64,000 nt of DNA, from contig OZ220089.1 in the NCBI GenBank assembly GCA_964291625.2, positions 960,001-1,024,000 on the forward strand. The letters are read 5' to 3'. The DNA comes from Candidatus Latescibacterota bacterium. GTDB lineage: Bacteria > Latescibacterota > UBA2968 > UBA8231. How positions within the stretch are numbered: position 1 is the stretch's first letter; each line of letters starts with the position of its first letter. A program made the position numbers and the translations under genes. Below are positions 46,541 to 56,004 of the stretch, piece by piece. The notes beneath the pieces were generated by a model. The model did not search any database and was not told the origin of the DNA. It worked only from the letters and a program-made list of their open reading frames with translations.

Positions 46541-48972
46541 GGCCCGTCCGGGGCGGCGGCATGGCCCGCCCCCTTGCCGCGATCGTGGTCCTCCTCGGTC
46601 TCGCCGCCGGCGCCGGCGCCCAGGGGGAGCGCAAGCACACCCTCAGCGGCTACGTGGAGGACGCCGCCAGCGGCGAGAAGCTGATCGGCGCCGTGCTGCA
46701 CGAGCCCGACCTGCGCCAGGGCACCACCACCAACCGCTACGGCTTCTTCAGCCTCACCCTGCCCGCCGGCCCGCGGCGGGTGGTGGTCTCCCACATCGGC
46801 TACCAGAGCGACACCCTCGCGACCCCGCTCGAGGGGGACCTGCAACTGAACATCGCCCTCGAGCCGGAGGCCCTGCAGATGGAGGCCGTCGAGGTCGAGG
46901 CCGAGCGGCTCGAACCGATCCAGATGGAGAGCCGCATGAGCGTCGTGCAGGTGCCGGTGCGGCAGATCAAGAGCGCCCCCGTCCTCATGGGCGAGGTCGA
47001 CGTGCTCAAGACCCTGCAGCTGCTGCCCGGCGTGCAGTCCGGCGCCGAAGGCATGAGCGGCCTCTACGTGCGCGGCGGCAGCCCCGACCAGAACCTCATC
47101 CTCCTCGACGACGCCCCGGTCTACAACGTCTCCCACCTCTTCGGCTTCTTCTCCGTCTTCAACGCCGACGCCATCAAGAACGTGCAGCTCACCAAGGCCG
47201 GCTTTCCCGCCCGCTACGGCGGCCGCCTCTCGTCGGTGCTCGAGATCGACATGAAGGACGGCAACATGAAGGAGTTCGAGGCCGAGGGCTCGGTGGGGCT
47301 CATCGCCTCGCAGCTCACCGTGCAGGGGCCGCTGCGCAAGGACCGCACCTCCTTCATCGTCTCCGGGAGGCGCACCTACGCCGACCTGCTGGTCCGCCCC
47401 TTCCTCCGCAGCGACGACCGCGGCGGCTACCACTTCTACGACGTCAACGCCAAGGTCAACCACATCTTCTCGCCCCGCAGCCGGGTCTACCTGAGCTGGT
47501 ACGGCGGCGACGACCGCTTCTGGAGCGAGGTCCGGGACGAGTACGACATGGCCTACGAGAACCGGGATGGCCTGTACCGCGAGGAGGACGCCATCGATGC
47601 CGACTTCGGATGGGGCAACGTCACCTCCACGCTCCGCTGGAACTACCTGTTCAGCAACCGCCTCTTCGGCAACCTCACCGCCATCTACAGCCGCTACCAG
47701 CTCACCACCAGCGTCGACCGCACCACCGAGATCATCGGCGAGCTGCGGGAGACGGAGAGCCTGCGGCTGCGCTACCTCTCCGGCATCCGCGACTGGGGGC
47801 TGAAGCTCGATCTGGACTACATCCCCGACCCCGCCCACTACGTGCGCGCCGGCGGCAGCGCCACCCTGCACACCTACCGCCCCGGGGCGGCGCAGATCAA
47901 GTACGATCGCGTCGACGGCACCCCCGAGGACACGACCCTGACCGCCCGGGTCACCGACGCGGTGGAGTACAGCCTCTACGCCGAGGACGACGTGCGGCTC
48001 ACCAGCCGTCTGAAGGCCAACCTGGGGGTTCACACCTCCGGCTTCCAGGTCGACGGCGAGCTCTACACCTCGCTGCAGCCGCGGCTGTCGGTGCGCTACC
48101 TGCTGCCTTCGGACTGGGCCGTGAAAGCCTCGTACGCCCGCATGCGCCAGTACATCCACCTGCTCTCCAACAGCACCGTCGGCCTGCCCACCGACCTGTG
48201 GCTGCCGGCCACCGAGCGCGTGCGCCCACAGCGGTCGCAACAGGTCGGCGTCGGCCTGGCCCGCCAGCTCAGGGAGCAGTACGAGTTCAGCGTCGAGGGC
48301 TACTACAAGACCATGGACGAGCTCATCGAGTACCGCGAGGGGGCCAGCTTCCTCGTCGGCTTCGGCGAGAGCGAGGACTGGCAGGACAAGGTCGAGACCG
48401 GACGCGGGTGGTCGTACGGCGCCGAGCTGTTCGTCCAGAAGAAGAGGGGCCGCACCACCGGCTGGGCCGGCTACACCCTCTCCTGGACCCGGCGGCGCTT
48501 CGACGGGCTGAACGAGGGCCGGTCCTTCCCCTACCGCTACGACCGCCGTCACGACGCCTCCCTCGTCCTCTCCCACCAGGTGTCGAGGTCCCTCTCCCTC
48601 TCCCTCACCTGGGTCTACGGGACGGGCCAGGCCGTGACCCTTCCCCTGGCCCGCTACCACAGCGACCCCATCGGTCCCGGCTCCCTCCGGTTGCCCCGGC
48701 GCGACCTGCCCTACGAGACCGTGGTCTACGCGGAGCGCAACGGCTACCGGATGTCCGCCTTCCACCACCTCGACCTCAGCCTGAATCTCGGCGGCTACGG
48801 ACAGGGGGGGCGGCATGGGTTCAGCTTCGGCGTGTACAACGCCTACAATCGCAGGAACCCCTTCTTCATCTACTTCGAGGAACGCTCGAACCGGGATGCC
48901 CGATGGTTCCGGGCCAAGCAGGTGAGCCTCTTCCCTCTCCTTCCCTGGATCAACTACAGGTTCAAGTATTGA
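46537..48972 (+). CDS. TonB-dependent receptor (carboxypeptidase-regulatory-like domain, plug, barrel)
   Basis: Signal peptide, SGYVEDAASGEKLIGA..TNRYGFFSL, DVLKTLQLLPGV, GLYVRGGSPDQNLILLD, GFPARYGGRLSSV, C-terminal YRFKY. Start is 46537 or 46561. Confidence 0.92.
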   Translation: MRPVRGGGMARPLAAIVVLLGLAAGAGAQGERKHTLSGYVEDAASGEKLIGAVLHEPDLRQGTTTNRYGFFSLTLPAGPRRVVVSHIGYQSDTLATPLEGDLQLNIALEPEALQMEAVEVEAERLEPIQMESRMSVVQVPVRQIKSAPVLMGEVDVLKTLQLLPGVQSGAEGMSGLYVRGGSPDQNLILLDDAPVYNVSHLFGFFSVFNADAIKNVQLTKAGFPARYGGRLSSVLEIDMKDGNMKEFEAEGSVGLIASQLTVQGPLRKDRTSFIVSGRRTYADLLVRPFLRSDDRGGYHFYDVNAKVNHIFSPRSRVYLSWYGGDDRFWSEVRDEYDMAYENRDGLYREEDAIDADFGWGNVTSTLRWNYLFSNRLFGNLTAIYSRYQLTTSVDRTTEIIGELRETESLRLRYLSGIRDWGLKLDLDYIPDPAHYVRAGGSATLHTYRPGAAQIKYDRVDGTPEDTTLTARVTDAVEYSLYAEDDVRLTSRLKANLGVHTSGFQVDGELYTSLQPRLSVRYLLPSDWAVKASYARMRQYIHLLSNSTVGLPTDLWLPATERVRPQRSQQVGVGLARQLREQYEFSVEGYYKTMDELIEYREGASFLVGFGESEDWQDKVETGRGWSYGAELFVQKKRGRTTGWAGYTLSWTRRRFDGLNEGRSFPYRYDRRHDASLVLSHQVSRSLSLSLTWVYGTGQAVTLPLARYHSDPIGPGSLRLPRRDLPYETVVYAERNGYRMSAFHHLDLSLNLGGYGQGGRHGFSFGVYNAYNRRNPFFIYFEERSNRDARWFRAKQVSLFPLLPWINYRFKY

Positions 48973-48989
48973 ACTCCACGGCCCTCGCG

Positions 48990-49925
48990 ATGAAAGGCGC
49001 CCGGCGCCTCCTCCCGCTCCTGATCGCCCTCTCCGCGTGCGAGCAGGTGATCGAGCCCGACCTGCCCGATCACACCCCGCGGCTGGTGGTGCATTCCCTG
49101 TTCACCTCCGACGGCGGCTGGAGCGCCCACGTGGGCCGCTCCACCGGAATTCTCCAGCCCCTGCCCCACGTCGACCGGGCGGTGGCCGATGCCGACGTGA
49201 GACTGCTGACGGGAGAGCGGGTCGTGGGCGAGCTGAGGTTCGACGAGGCGGCCCAGGTCTACGTGCTCGATGACGGCGGCCTGCAGGCAGGGGAGACGTA
49301 CTCCCTTCAGGTATCGGCCCCCGGCTTCGAGACGGCCCGGGCCACCGACACCGTGCCCGTGCCCGTGCCGACCTCGGTCCGGCCCGGGAGCCGCGGCGGC
49401 TTCTCGATCGAGCTCGAGCTCCAGGACCCTCCCGGCGAGGCGAACTACTACCAGGTCAGCCTGTACCTCGTCTTCCCCGGGAGAGGGGCGACGAGGGTGG
49501 AAGGACTCCTGTCGACGAGGGACCCCTCGATCATGGCGGACAGCCGGGGCGACGACTCTCCGGTCGAAGAGGGGAGCTTCGAAGGCCCGGCGCCGTACTT
49601 CAGGGACACCCTCTTCGACGGCCAGACCCACCAGATCGAGCTGAACTACGCCGGAGACTGGGTCGAGGGACTGGGGAGGATCATCCGGGAGGAGGAGGAG
49701 CTGGAGGAGGAGCAGGACGACCCGGAGCACGCCGGCTCCACGGCCTACCTCCAGGTCCTGTACATCAGCGAGACCTACTACGAGTATCTCAAGACCGCCC
49801 GGCTCCACGACGAGATCCGCGAGAATCCCTTCGCCGAGCCCCTGAACGTGCACGGCAACGTCGAGAACGGGTACGGCATCTTCGCCGGGTACAGCTCGCG
49901 GACCTTCGAGTTCACGGTCGAGTGA
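48990..49925 (+). CDS. DUF4249-like lipoprotein, partner of the TonB receptor
   Basis: Lipobox LSAC and ENPFAEPLNVHGNVENGYGIFAGY. Confidence 0.8.
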   Translation: MKGARRLLPLLIALSACEQVIEPDLPDHTPRLVVHSLFTSDGGWSAHVGRSTGILQPLPHVDRAVADADVRLLTGERVVGELRFDEAAQVYVLDDGGLQAGETYSLQVSAPGFETARATDTVPVPVPTSVRPGSRGGFSIELELQDPPGEANYYQVSLYLVFPGRGATRVEGLLSTRDPSIMADSRGDDSPVEEGSFEGPAPYFRDTLFDGQTHQIELNYAGDWVEGLGRIIREEEELEEEQDDPEHAGSTAYLQVLYISETYYEYLKTARLHDEIRENPFAEPLNVHGNVENGYGIFAGYSSRTFEFTVE

Positions 49926-50032
49926 GAGCGGAGGAGAGCGGCGGTCGCCGTCCGCCCCTCCCCGAGTGGTACATGTCCTCTGAACCGAGGCGCCGGAGCG
50001 AGCAGGCACGCTCGGAGCCTGTTCCCGCGGTA

Positions 50033-50051
50033 TATAATGCTTATTATAAGC
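50033..50051 (+). promoter_or_regulatory. -10 box and palindromic operator of the TA operon
   Basis: TATAAT (50033-50038) followed by near-palindrome GCTTATTATAAGC, an AT-rich patch 26 bp before the antitoxin start. Confidence 0.55.
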
Positions 50052-50077
50052 CAGCCCCCTAACCGCAAGGTGCAAGA

Positions 50078-50305
50078 GTGCTCTCCTTCAAAGTGACCAC
50101 CGTCGGCGCGTCGTCGGGAATCATCCTCACAAAGGCCGCGATGGCGCAGCTGAGGGTCAGGAAGGGCGACACCCTCTATCTGACCGAGGCGCCGGACGGG
50201 GGATACCGGATCACCCCCTACGACCCGGTGTTCGCCCGCCAGATGGCACTGGCCGAAGAGATCATGCACGACGACCGTGAGGTGCTCCGGGCGCTGGCGA
50301 AGTGA
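50078..50305 (+). CDS. AbrB/MazE-type antitoxin
   Basis: KVTTVGASSGIILTK..LRVRKGDTLYLTE..ITPYDP..RALAK. Confidence 0.88.
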   Translation: MLSFKVTTVGASSGIILTKAAMAQLRVRKGDTLYLTEAPDGGYRITPYDPVFARQMALAEEIMHDDREVLRALAK

Positions 50306-50709
50306 GCCAGGGGGATTCCGGGGCGCAGCCATCGTGGCGTTGGGTTGACGTCTCCGTCGTCCTTGCGATCCACGACCGTCAGCTCGGCGAGCACGGCGGA
50401 GCGGATGGGATCCGCGACCTGGGGCTGGTCGAGTCCGCCCTCGCCCGTCCCGTCAACCTCGCAACCTACGCAGACCCGGATGCGGCCGAGTTGGCCGCGG
50501 CCTATGCCTGGGGCCTGGCCAGGAACCACGGCTTCGTCGACGGCAACAAGCGCACCGCCTGGGTCGTCGCCCGCCTGTTCCTGGCCGACAACGGATGTGG
50601 CTTCGAGTTCGAGGCCCTGGACGCAATCCGCCTCATGGAAAGTGTGGCCGCCGGCAACATCGAGGAGGCGGCGCTCGCCGCTTGGTTCCGGTCCCGCGTC
50701 AAGAGTTGA
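50302..50709 (+). CDS. doc: Doc/Fic-family toxin
   Basis: HGGADGIRDLGLVESALARP and Fic motif HGFVDGNKRTA. GTGA overlap with the antitoxin stop. Confidence 0.92.
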   Translation: MSQGDSGAQPSWRWVDVSVVLAIHDRQLGEHGGADGIRDLGLVESALARPVNLATYADPDAAELAAAYAWGLARNHGFVDGNKRTAWVVARLFLADNGCGFEFEALDAIRLMESVAAGNIEEAALAAWFRSRVKS

Positions 50710-51914
50710 GACCGGATGGCAGCGACCATCCGGGGGTTCGTCTGCGGTACTGCACCGCCTGCCACCGTAGCAGACTGGCGTCTCTGGGGCCGCCCTTCGC
50801 CCTGCCGTGGACCGGGGCCCTCGCCGCGGCCCTGCTGCTGGCGGCGCCTCCCGCCGGAGCCGGTCCCCCCCACGAGGCCACCGGCCTGCGGCCTACGGCG
50901 ATCCCCCTGCTGAACTTCAGCTCCGACGACGGCGCCGGGTACGGCCTGCGCGCCTCTCTCTTCGAGTACGACGGCCGCACCGTCCCCTACCTCCGCAAGT
51001 ACTCGGCCCAGCTATTCTTCACCAGCAGGGGCCGCCGGGTGCACTTCCTGTCGATGGACGCGCCGCGCTTCCGCGGCGGCGGCGACCGCCTGGAGATGAC
51101 CCTGCGGTTCGAGGAGGAGGCCTTCGCCAACTACTACGGCTCCCTCACCGACGCGGAGGCCGACCGCCTCGAGCGAGATCACAAGAGCTTCCGGTATGCC
51201 CTGCCCTCGATGGAGCTGCGCTGGATCCGGCGCCTGGAGCCGCGGCCGGCGCCGGCCCCCTGGGGGGTCGTCCTCGGAGGCCGGTTGAGCCGCGCCGGCA
51301 TCACCCCCAACGCCGTCGCCGGGAACATCCTGGCCGAGGCCGCCCCTCCCGGCATCGACGGCGGCCTCCTGGGACAGGTCAAGGCCGCCCTGCGTCACGA
51401 CACGCGGGACGACTACAACGATACCTCCACCGGCCTGCTGGAGGAGCTGCTCTTGGAATACGGGACCGGCGGCGGCTACAGCGGCCTGACCGTCCGCTTC
51501 GAGCACCGGCACTTCGCCGCCCCCCTCGCCGGACTCGTGGCCGCCCACCGGCTCGCCCTCGACTGGACCGCGGGGGACCTGCCGTTCTACGAGTGGCCCG
51601 AGGTCGGGGGCGGCGACACGCTCCGCGGCCTCGTGCGGGGGCGGGACCGGGGCCGCGGCCGGGTGCTGCTCAACGGGGAGCTGCGCTGGCGCGGCATGCG
51701 CCTCTCCTCGAGGCAGAGCATGCACCTCGGCGCCGTCGCCTTCGCCGACGCCGGGCACATCCTCGGCGGCGGCGCGCTGGCCGCCCCCGGCCGCTGGCGC
51801 CACGGCCTGGGGATCGGTCTGCGGGGCCGCTGGCAGAGCACGGTGGTGCGCGCCGACTGGGGCCGGGCGGGCCACGGCTCGGGCCTCTACCTCACCTTCG
51901 CCCACATGTTCTGA
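50706..51914 (+). CDS. POTRA-less Omp85/BamA-like beta-barrel protein (paralogue 1)
   Basis: HDTRD, GGGDTLRG (Omp85 VRGY-like loop), NGELRW, FADAG, terminal AHMF. The start is uncertain (TTG 50706). Confidence 0.75.
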   Translation: MRPDGSDHPGVRLRYCTACHRSRLASLGPPFALPWTGALAAALLLAAPPAGAGPPHEATGLRPTAIPLLNFSSDDGAGYGLRASLFEYDGRTVPYLRKYSAQLFFTSRGRRVHFLSMDAPRFRGGGDRLEMTLRFEEEAFANYYGSLTDAEADRLERDHKSFRYALPSMELRWIRRLEPRPAPAPWGVVLGGRLSRAGITPNAVAGNILAEAAPPGIDGGLLGQVKAALRHDTRDDYNDTSTGLLEELLLEYGTGGGYSGLTVRFEHRHFAAPLAGLVAAHRLALDWTAGDLPFYEWPEVGGGDTLRGLVRGRDRGRGRVLLNGELRWRGMRLSSRQSMHLGAVAFADAGHILGGGALAAPGRWRHGLGIGLRGRWQSTVVRADWGRAGHGSGLYLTFAHMF

Positions 51915-52237
51915 AACCCCGGGTCCCCGGCCGTGACGGTGCGCGCCCACGCCTTGCGCCACGCCTCCCGGCCTCACACCCGCCATCGGCGCGCCCCCCC
52001 GGGTCGGTCTCCGGTCCCGCCACGGGCCTCCACCCACCCCCTGGCCCTGACCTGCGCCGCCCACGCCCCGGGGACCGCGGCCTCCGGGCCTCACGCCCGC
52101 CCTTTCGATGCCCCCCAAACCCGTCTCCGGCGCCCTCCTCCCGCGGCACTTCGGAAACTCTGGCGCCCTCGCGGGCGCCCGGCCCGCGCATCCGTCGCGC
52201 GGTTGCCCGCCGGGGCGGTTGTTCGTGTCTTGTGGGC

Positions 52238-53434
52238 ATGAGAGCCGCCGCCCTCCTGCTCGTCCGGGGCGCCCTCGCCTCACTCGGAGTCCTGCTGCTG
52301 GTGCTGCTGATCCCGACGGCCCGCGACGCCTTCTGGGGACTGCTCTTTCTCGGCGACTTCGTCGCCGGGGAGCGCACGACCCCCTACGACCTGCTCACCC
52401 GCGAACCGAAGACCACCAGCGGCGAGCTGACGGCCGGCGACGCCGTGCGCGTGCCCTTCGACTTCTACAGCCCGCGTGCGGCCTCGGAGCCGGCCGCCGC
52501 CGGCGAGCGCCTGCCGGCGTTCCTGCTCGCCCACGGCGCCGTCCACGAGGGGAACCGCGACGCCAGGGTGATCGCCATGGCCCGGCGGCTGGCCCGCGGC
52601 GGGTTCGTGGTGATGGCCCCCGACCTGCTGCAGATGAAGAGCTACCGCCTGGGGTTCGAAGACGCCGACGCCCTCCACGCCTGTCTCCAATACCTGTTCG
52701 ACTCCGCCTTCGTCGACGGCGGCCGGGTCGGCGTGATCGCCCCGAGCTTCGGCTCCGGGCCGATGCTGATGGCCCTGGGCCGGCCGGGCCTGCGCGGCCA
52801 GGTCCGCTTCGGCCTGCTCTTCGGCGCCTACCACGACATGCGGCGCACCCTGCGCTTCACCCTCACCGGCTCCTACGAGGCCCCGGGTCTTCCGGCGGTC
52901 GATTCCGGCCCGAGCAACCGGCGCAATCGCTGGCGCCTCCTGCGCGGCAACATCGACCTCGTCCCCTCCTCTCCGAGCCGCGGCGAGTTCGCTGAGTTCG
53001 TGGCCGCCCGCGCCGACACCCCCTCCTACGACGACCCGGTCCTGCGCGCCGGCTTCTCCGCCGAGGAACGCCTCATGCTCGAGTTCACGGCCAACACCGA
53101 CCCGGCCCGCTTCGACTCGCTCTACCCGCTGCTGCCGGAGACCTTCCGCACCTGGGTCGACACCTTCTCCCTGCGCCATCACACCGCCGGCGTGAGGACG
53201 AAGCTGCTCCTCGCCCACAGCAGCGCCGACAAGGTGATCCCCTACCCGGAGAGCATGGCCCTGGCCGCCGACCTGCCGGACGCGCCGGCGCCGGACGTCT
53301 CGATCCTCGATCTCTTCACCCACGTGGACATCAAGATCGACGGGACGTCTCTGCGGGCCCTCGTGACCGACGTCATCCCCGGTCTCTTCCGGATCTGGGG
53401 CATCGCCCACGCCCTCATGGAGCAGCGCAGGTAG
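52238..53434 (+). CDS. Membrane-anchored alpha/beta-hydrolase-fold protein
   Basis: N-terminal TM, LLAHGA, RRLARGGFVVMAPDL, RVGVIAPSFGSG, AHSSADKVIP, FTHVD. Confidence 0.75.
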   Translation: MRAAALLLVRGALASLGVLLLVLLIPTARDAFWGLLFLGDFVAGERTTPYDLLTREPKTTSGELTAGDAVRVPFDFYSPRAASEPAAAGERLPAFLLAHGAVHEGNRDARVIAMARRLARGGFVVMAPDLLQMKSYRLGFEDADALHACLQYLFDSAFVDGGRVGVIAPSFGSGPMLMALGRPGLRGQVRFGLLFGAYHDMRRTLRFTLTGSYEAPGLPAVDSGPSNRRNRWRLLRGNIDLVPSSPSRGEFAEFVAARADTPSYDDPVLRAGFSAEERLMLEFTANTDPARFDSLYPLLPETFRTWVDTFSLRHHTAGVRTKLLLAHSSADKVIPYPESMALAADLPDAPAPDVSILDLFTHVDIKIDGTSLRALVTDVIPGLFRIWGIAHALMEQRR

Positions 53435-53444
53435 GAGGCCGCCC

Positions 53445-54605
53445 ATGGTCCCTCCACGGATCGATCGACGGAACCGCTGCTCCCCAGTCGCGGGGCTCTT
53501 CTGCGCCGTGGCCGGCCTGCTGCTGCTCCGGCCCGCCCCGGCCGACGCCGGCGCCGCCCACGAGAGCACGGGCTGGCGGCCGACGGCGATCCCCCTGCTG
53601 AACTTCAGCTCCGACGACGGCACCGGGTACGGGCTGCGGGCCAACCTCTTCGAGTACGACGGCCGCACCGTCCCCTACCGCCGCAAGTACTCGGCGCAGC
53701 TGTTCTTCACCACCGGGGGCAAGTGGGTGCACCGGCTGCTGATGGACACGCCGAGGTTCCGCGGCGGCGGCGACCGCCTGGAGCTGGAGCTGGTCTACGA
53801 GAAGGAGGAGTTCGCCAACTACTACGGCGGCCTCTCGAAGGAGGAGACCCGCGGCCTCCACCGCGACCAGCGGACCTTCTCCCAGGCCTTCCCGGAGCTC
53901 AAGGCGAGGTGGATCCGTCCCCTGGGGTTGAGTGATTCCACCCCCTGGAGGCTGCGCCTCGGCAGCCGCCTGAGCTACCACGAGATCACGCCCAACGCGG
54001 AGGCCGGCAACATCCTGGCCGAGCAGGACCCCCTCGGCGCCGACGGCGGACCCCTCGCCCAGGCCGGCGCGGCGCTGCGCTACGACACCCGGGACAACTA
54101 CAACGACAGCTCCGCCGGCCTTCTCGAGGAGCTGGTCGTCCAGTACACCTTCGGCGCCGGCGGCGACTACAACGGCCTCCAGGTCCGCCTCGAGCACCGG
54201 CACTTCGCCTCCCTCCTCCCCGGCCTCGTCGCCGCCCACCGGATCGCCCTCGACTGGACCGCCGGGGACCTGCCCTTCTACGAGGAGCTGGCCCTGGGCG
54301 GCAGCAGCACGGTCCGCGGGCTCCCGAAGGCCCGGGACCGCGGCGAGACGCGGGTGCTCCTCAACGGGGAGCTGCGCTGGCGCGGGGTGCGCCTCTCCTC
54401 GGCGCAGAACATCCACCTCGGGGGGCTGCTCTTCGCCGACGCCGGCCAGATCTTCGCCGGCGGCGAGTGGCCCGCCGCCGGCGACTGGCGCCGGGGAGCG
54501 GGCCTCGGGCTGCGCTTTCTGTGGCAGAGCACGATCGTGCGCGCCGACCACGGCTTCTCGGGCGGCGGCCGCGGCATCTACATCACCTTCTCCCAGCTCT
54601 TCTGA
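53445..54605 (+). CDS. POTRA-less Omp85/BamA-like beta-barrel protein (paralogue 2)
   Basis: YDTRDN, LGGSSTVRG, NGELRW, FADAG, terminal SQLF. Long identical blocks shared with paralogue 1 (PTAIPLLNFSSDDG, FEYDGRTVPY). Confidence 0.8.
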   Translation: MVPPRIDRRNRCSPVAGLFCAVAGLLLLRPAPADAGAAHESTGWRPTAIPLLNFSSDDGTGYGLRANLFEYDGRTVPYRRKYSAQLFFTTGGKWVHRLLMDTPRFRGGGDRLELELVYEKEEFANYYGGLSKEETRGLHRDQRTFSQAFPELKARWIRPLGLSDSTPWRLRLGSRLSYHEITPNAEAGNILAEQDPLGADGGPLAQAGAALRYDTRDNYNDSSAGLLEELVVQYTFGAGGDYNGLQVRLEHRHFASLLPGLVAAHRIALDWTAGDLPFYEELALGGSSTVRGLPKARDRGETRVLLNGELRWRGVRLSSAQNIHLGGLLFADAGQIFAGGEWPAAGDWRRGAGLGLRFLWQSTIVRADHGFSGGGRGIYITFSQLF

Positions 54606-54607
54606 CC

Positions 54608-55918
54608 ATGCCCGCAACGACCGACCGCGACTACCGGAAGACCGTCAACGCCTGGTGCCTCTACGACTGGGGCAACTCCGCCTTCGCCACCACCATCATG
54701 GCCGGCGTCTTCCCCCTGTTCTACCGGTCCATGGCGACCACCGCCGGCCTCGGCGAGGCCGACGCCACCGCGGCCTGGGCGTACACCACGTCCCTGGCCC
54801 TGCTCATCGTCGCCGTCATCGGCCCGGTCCTCGGGTCGTACTGCGACCAGGTCCGCAGCAAGAAGCGGTTCCTCGCCTTCTTCGCCGGCCTCGGGGTCTG
54901 CGCCACGGCCCTCTTCGTCCTCCTCGGCGACGACGACTACCTGCTGGGTTCGGCGCTGTTCATCGCCGGCAACATCGGCTTCGCCGCCGGCAACATCTTC
55001 TACGAGTCGCTGCTGCCCCACGTGGCGCGGCCCGGCGACCTGGACCGCGTCTCCGCCCGGGGATACGCCATGGGCTACATCGGCGGCGGGATCCTGCTGG
55101 TGATCAACCTGCTCTGGATCATGCACCCCGGGTGGTTCTCCCTGCCCGGCACCGGGTTCGCCCTGCGCCTGACCTTCTTCAGCGTCGCCGTCTGGTGGGC
55201 CGCCTTCGCCGTTCCGCTGATGCGCCGCGTCGAGGAACCGCCTGTCGCCGGCGGCGGCCCCCGTCGCCCCGGCCTGGGGGACGCCTTCTCGCGCCTGGCC
55301 CGGACCTTCCGCGAGGTGCGGCGCTACCGGCAGCTGCTGCTCTTCCTCGTGGCCTTCTGGGTCTACAACGACGGCATCGGCACGATCATCAAGATGGCGA
55401 TCGCCTACGGGGACGAGGTCGGCATCGGCCGCAACGACCTGATCACGGCGCTGGTGGTGACCCAGTTCGTCGGCATCCCCTGCACCTTCCTCTTCGGGAG
55501 GCTGGCGGGGGTCCTGGGGACCAAGAGGTCGATCCTCGCCGGCCTGGGGGTGTACCTGCTGATGACCGTGGGCGCGTACTTCATGGAGACCGCCCTCCAC
55601 TTCTACATCCTCGCGGTGATGGTCGGCCTCGTGCAGGGAGGCACCCAGGCCCTGAGCCGCTCCCTCTACGCCTCGATGATCCCCCGTGAGAGGTCGGCCG
55701 AGTTCTTCGGCTTCTACAGCACCAGCTCCCGCTTCGCCGGGATCTTCGGCCCCCTGATCTTCGGGATGGTGGGCCAGCTCACCGGCGGCAGCCGCCTCGG
55801 CATCATCTCGCTGGTGATCTTCTTCGTGGTGGGAGGGGCGCTGCTGCTGCGCGTCGACGAGCGCGAAGGGGCCCGCGCCGCCCACGGGGAGGAGCCCCCG
55901 GCCGAGGCGGGCGTGTAG
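54608..55918 (+). CDS. MFS transporter (UMF1/Atg22-like family)
   Basis: WCLYDWGNSAF, SARGYAMGYIGG, YNDGIGTII, GGTQALSRS, EFFGFY. Confidence 0.9.
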   Translation: MPATTDRDYRKTVNAWCLYDWGNSAFATTIMAGVFPLFYRSMATTAGLGEADATAAWAYTTSLALLIVAVIGPVLGSYCDQVRSKKRFLAFFAGLGVCATALFVLLGDDDYLLGSALFIAGNIGFAAGNIFYESLLPHVARPGDLDRVSARGYAMGYIGGGILLVINLLWIMHPGWFSLPGTGFALRLTFFSVAVWWAAFAVPLMRRVEEPPVAGGGPRRPGLGDAFSRLARTFREVRRYRQLLLFLVAFWVYNDGIGTIIKMAIAYGDEVGIGRNDLITALVVTQFVGIPCTFLFGRLAGVLGTKRSILAGLGVYLLMTVGAYFMETALHFYILAVMVGLVQGGTQALSRSLYASMIPRERSAEFFGFYSTSSRFAGIFGPLIFGMVGQLTGGSRLGIISLVIFFVVGGALLLRVDEREGARAAHGEEPPAEAGV

Positions 55919-56004
55919 GACCGTCCCGCCCCAGCGGCCGGTACGTCGCCGTCGAGGCTGGGCGGGCGCCGCCGAGGCGGACGGACCGCGCTGGACCTTG
56001 CCAG

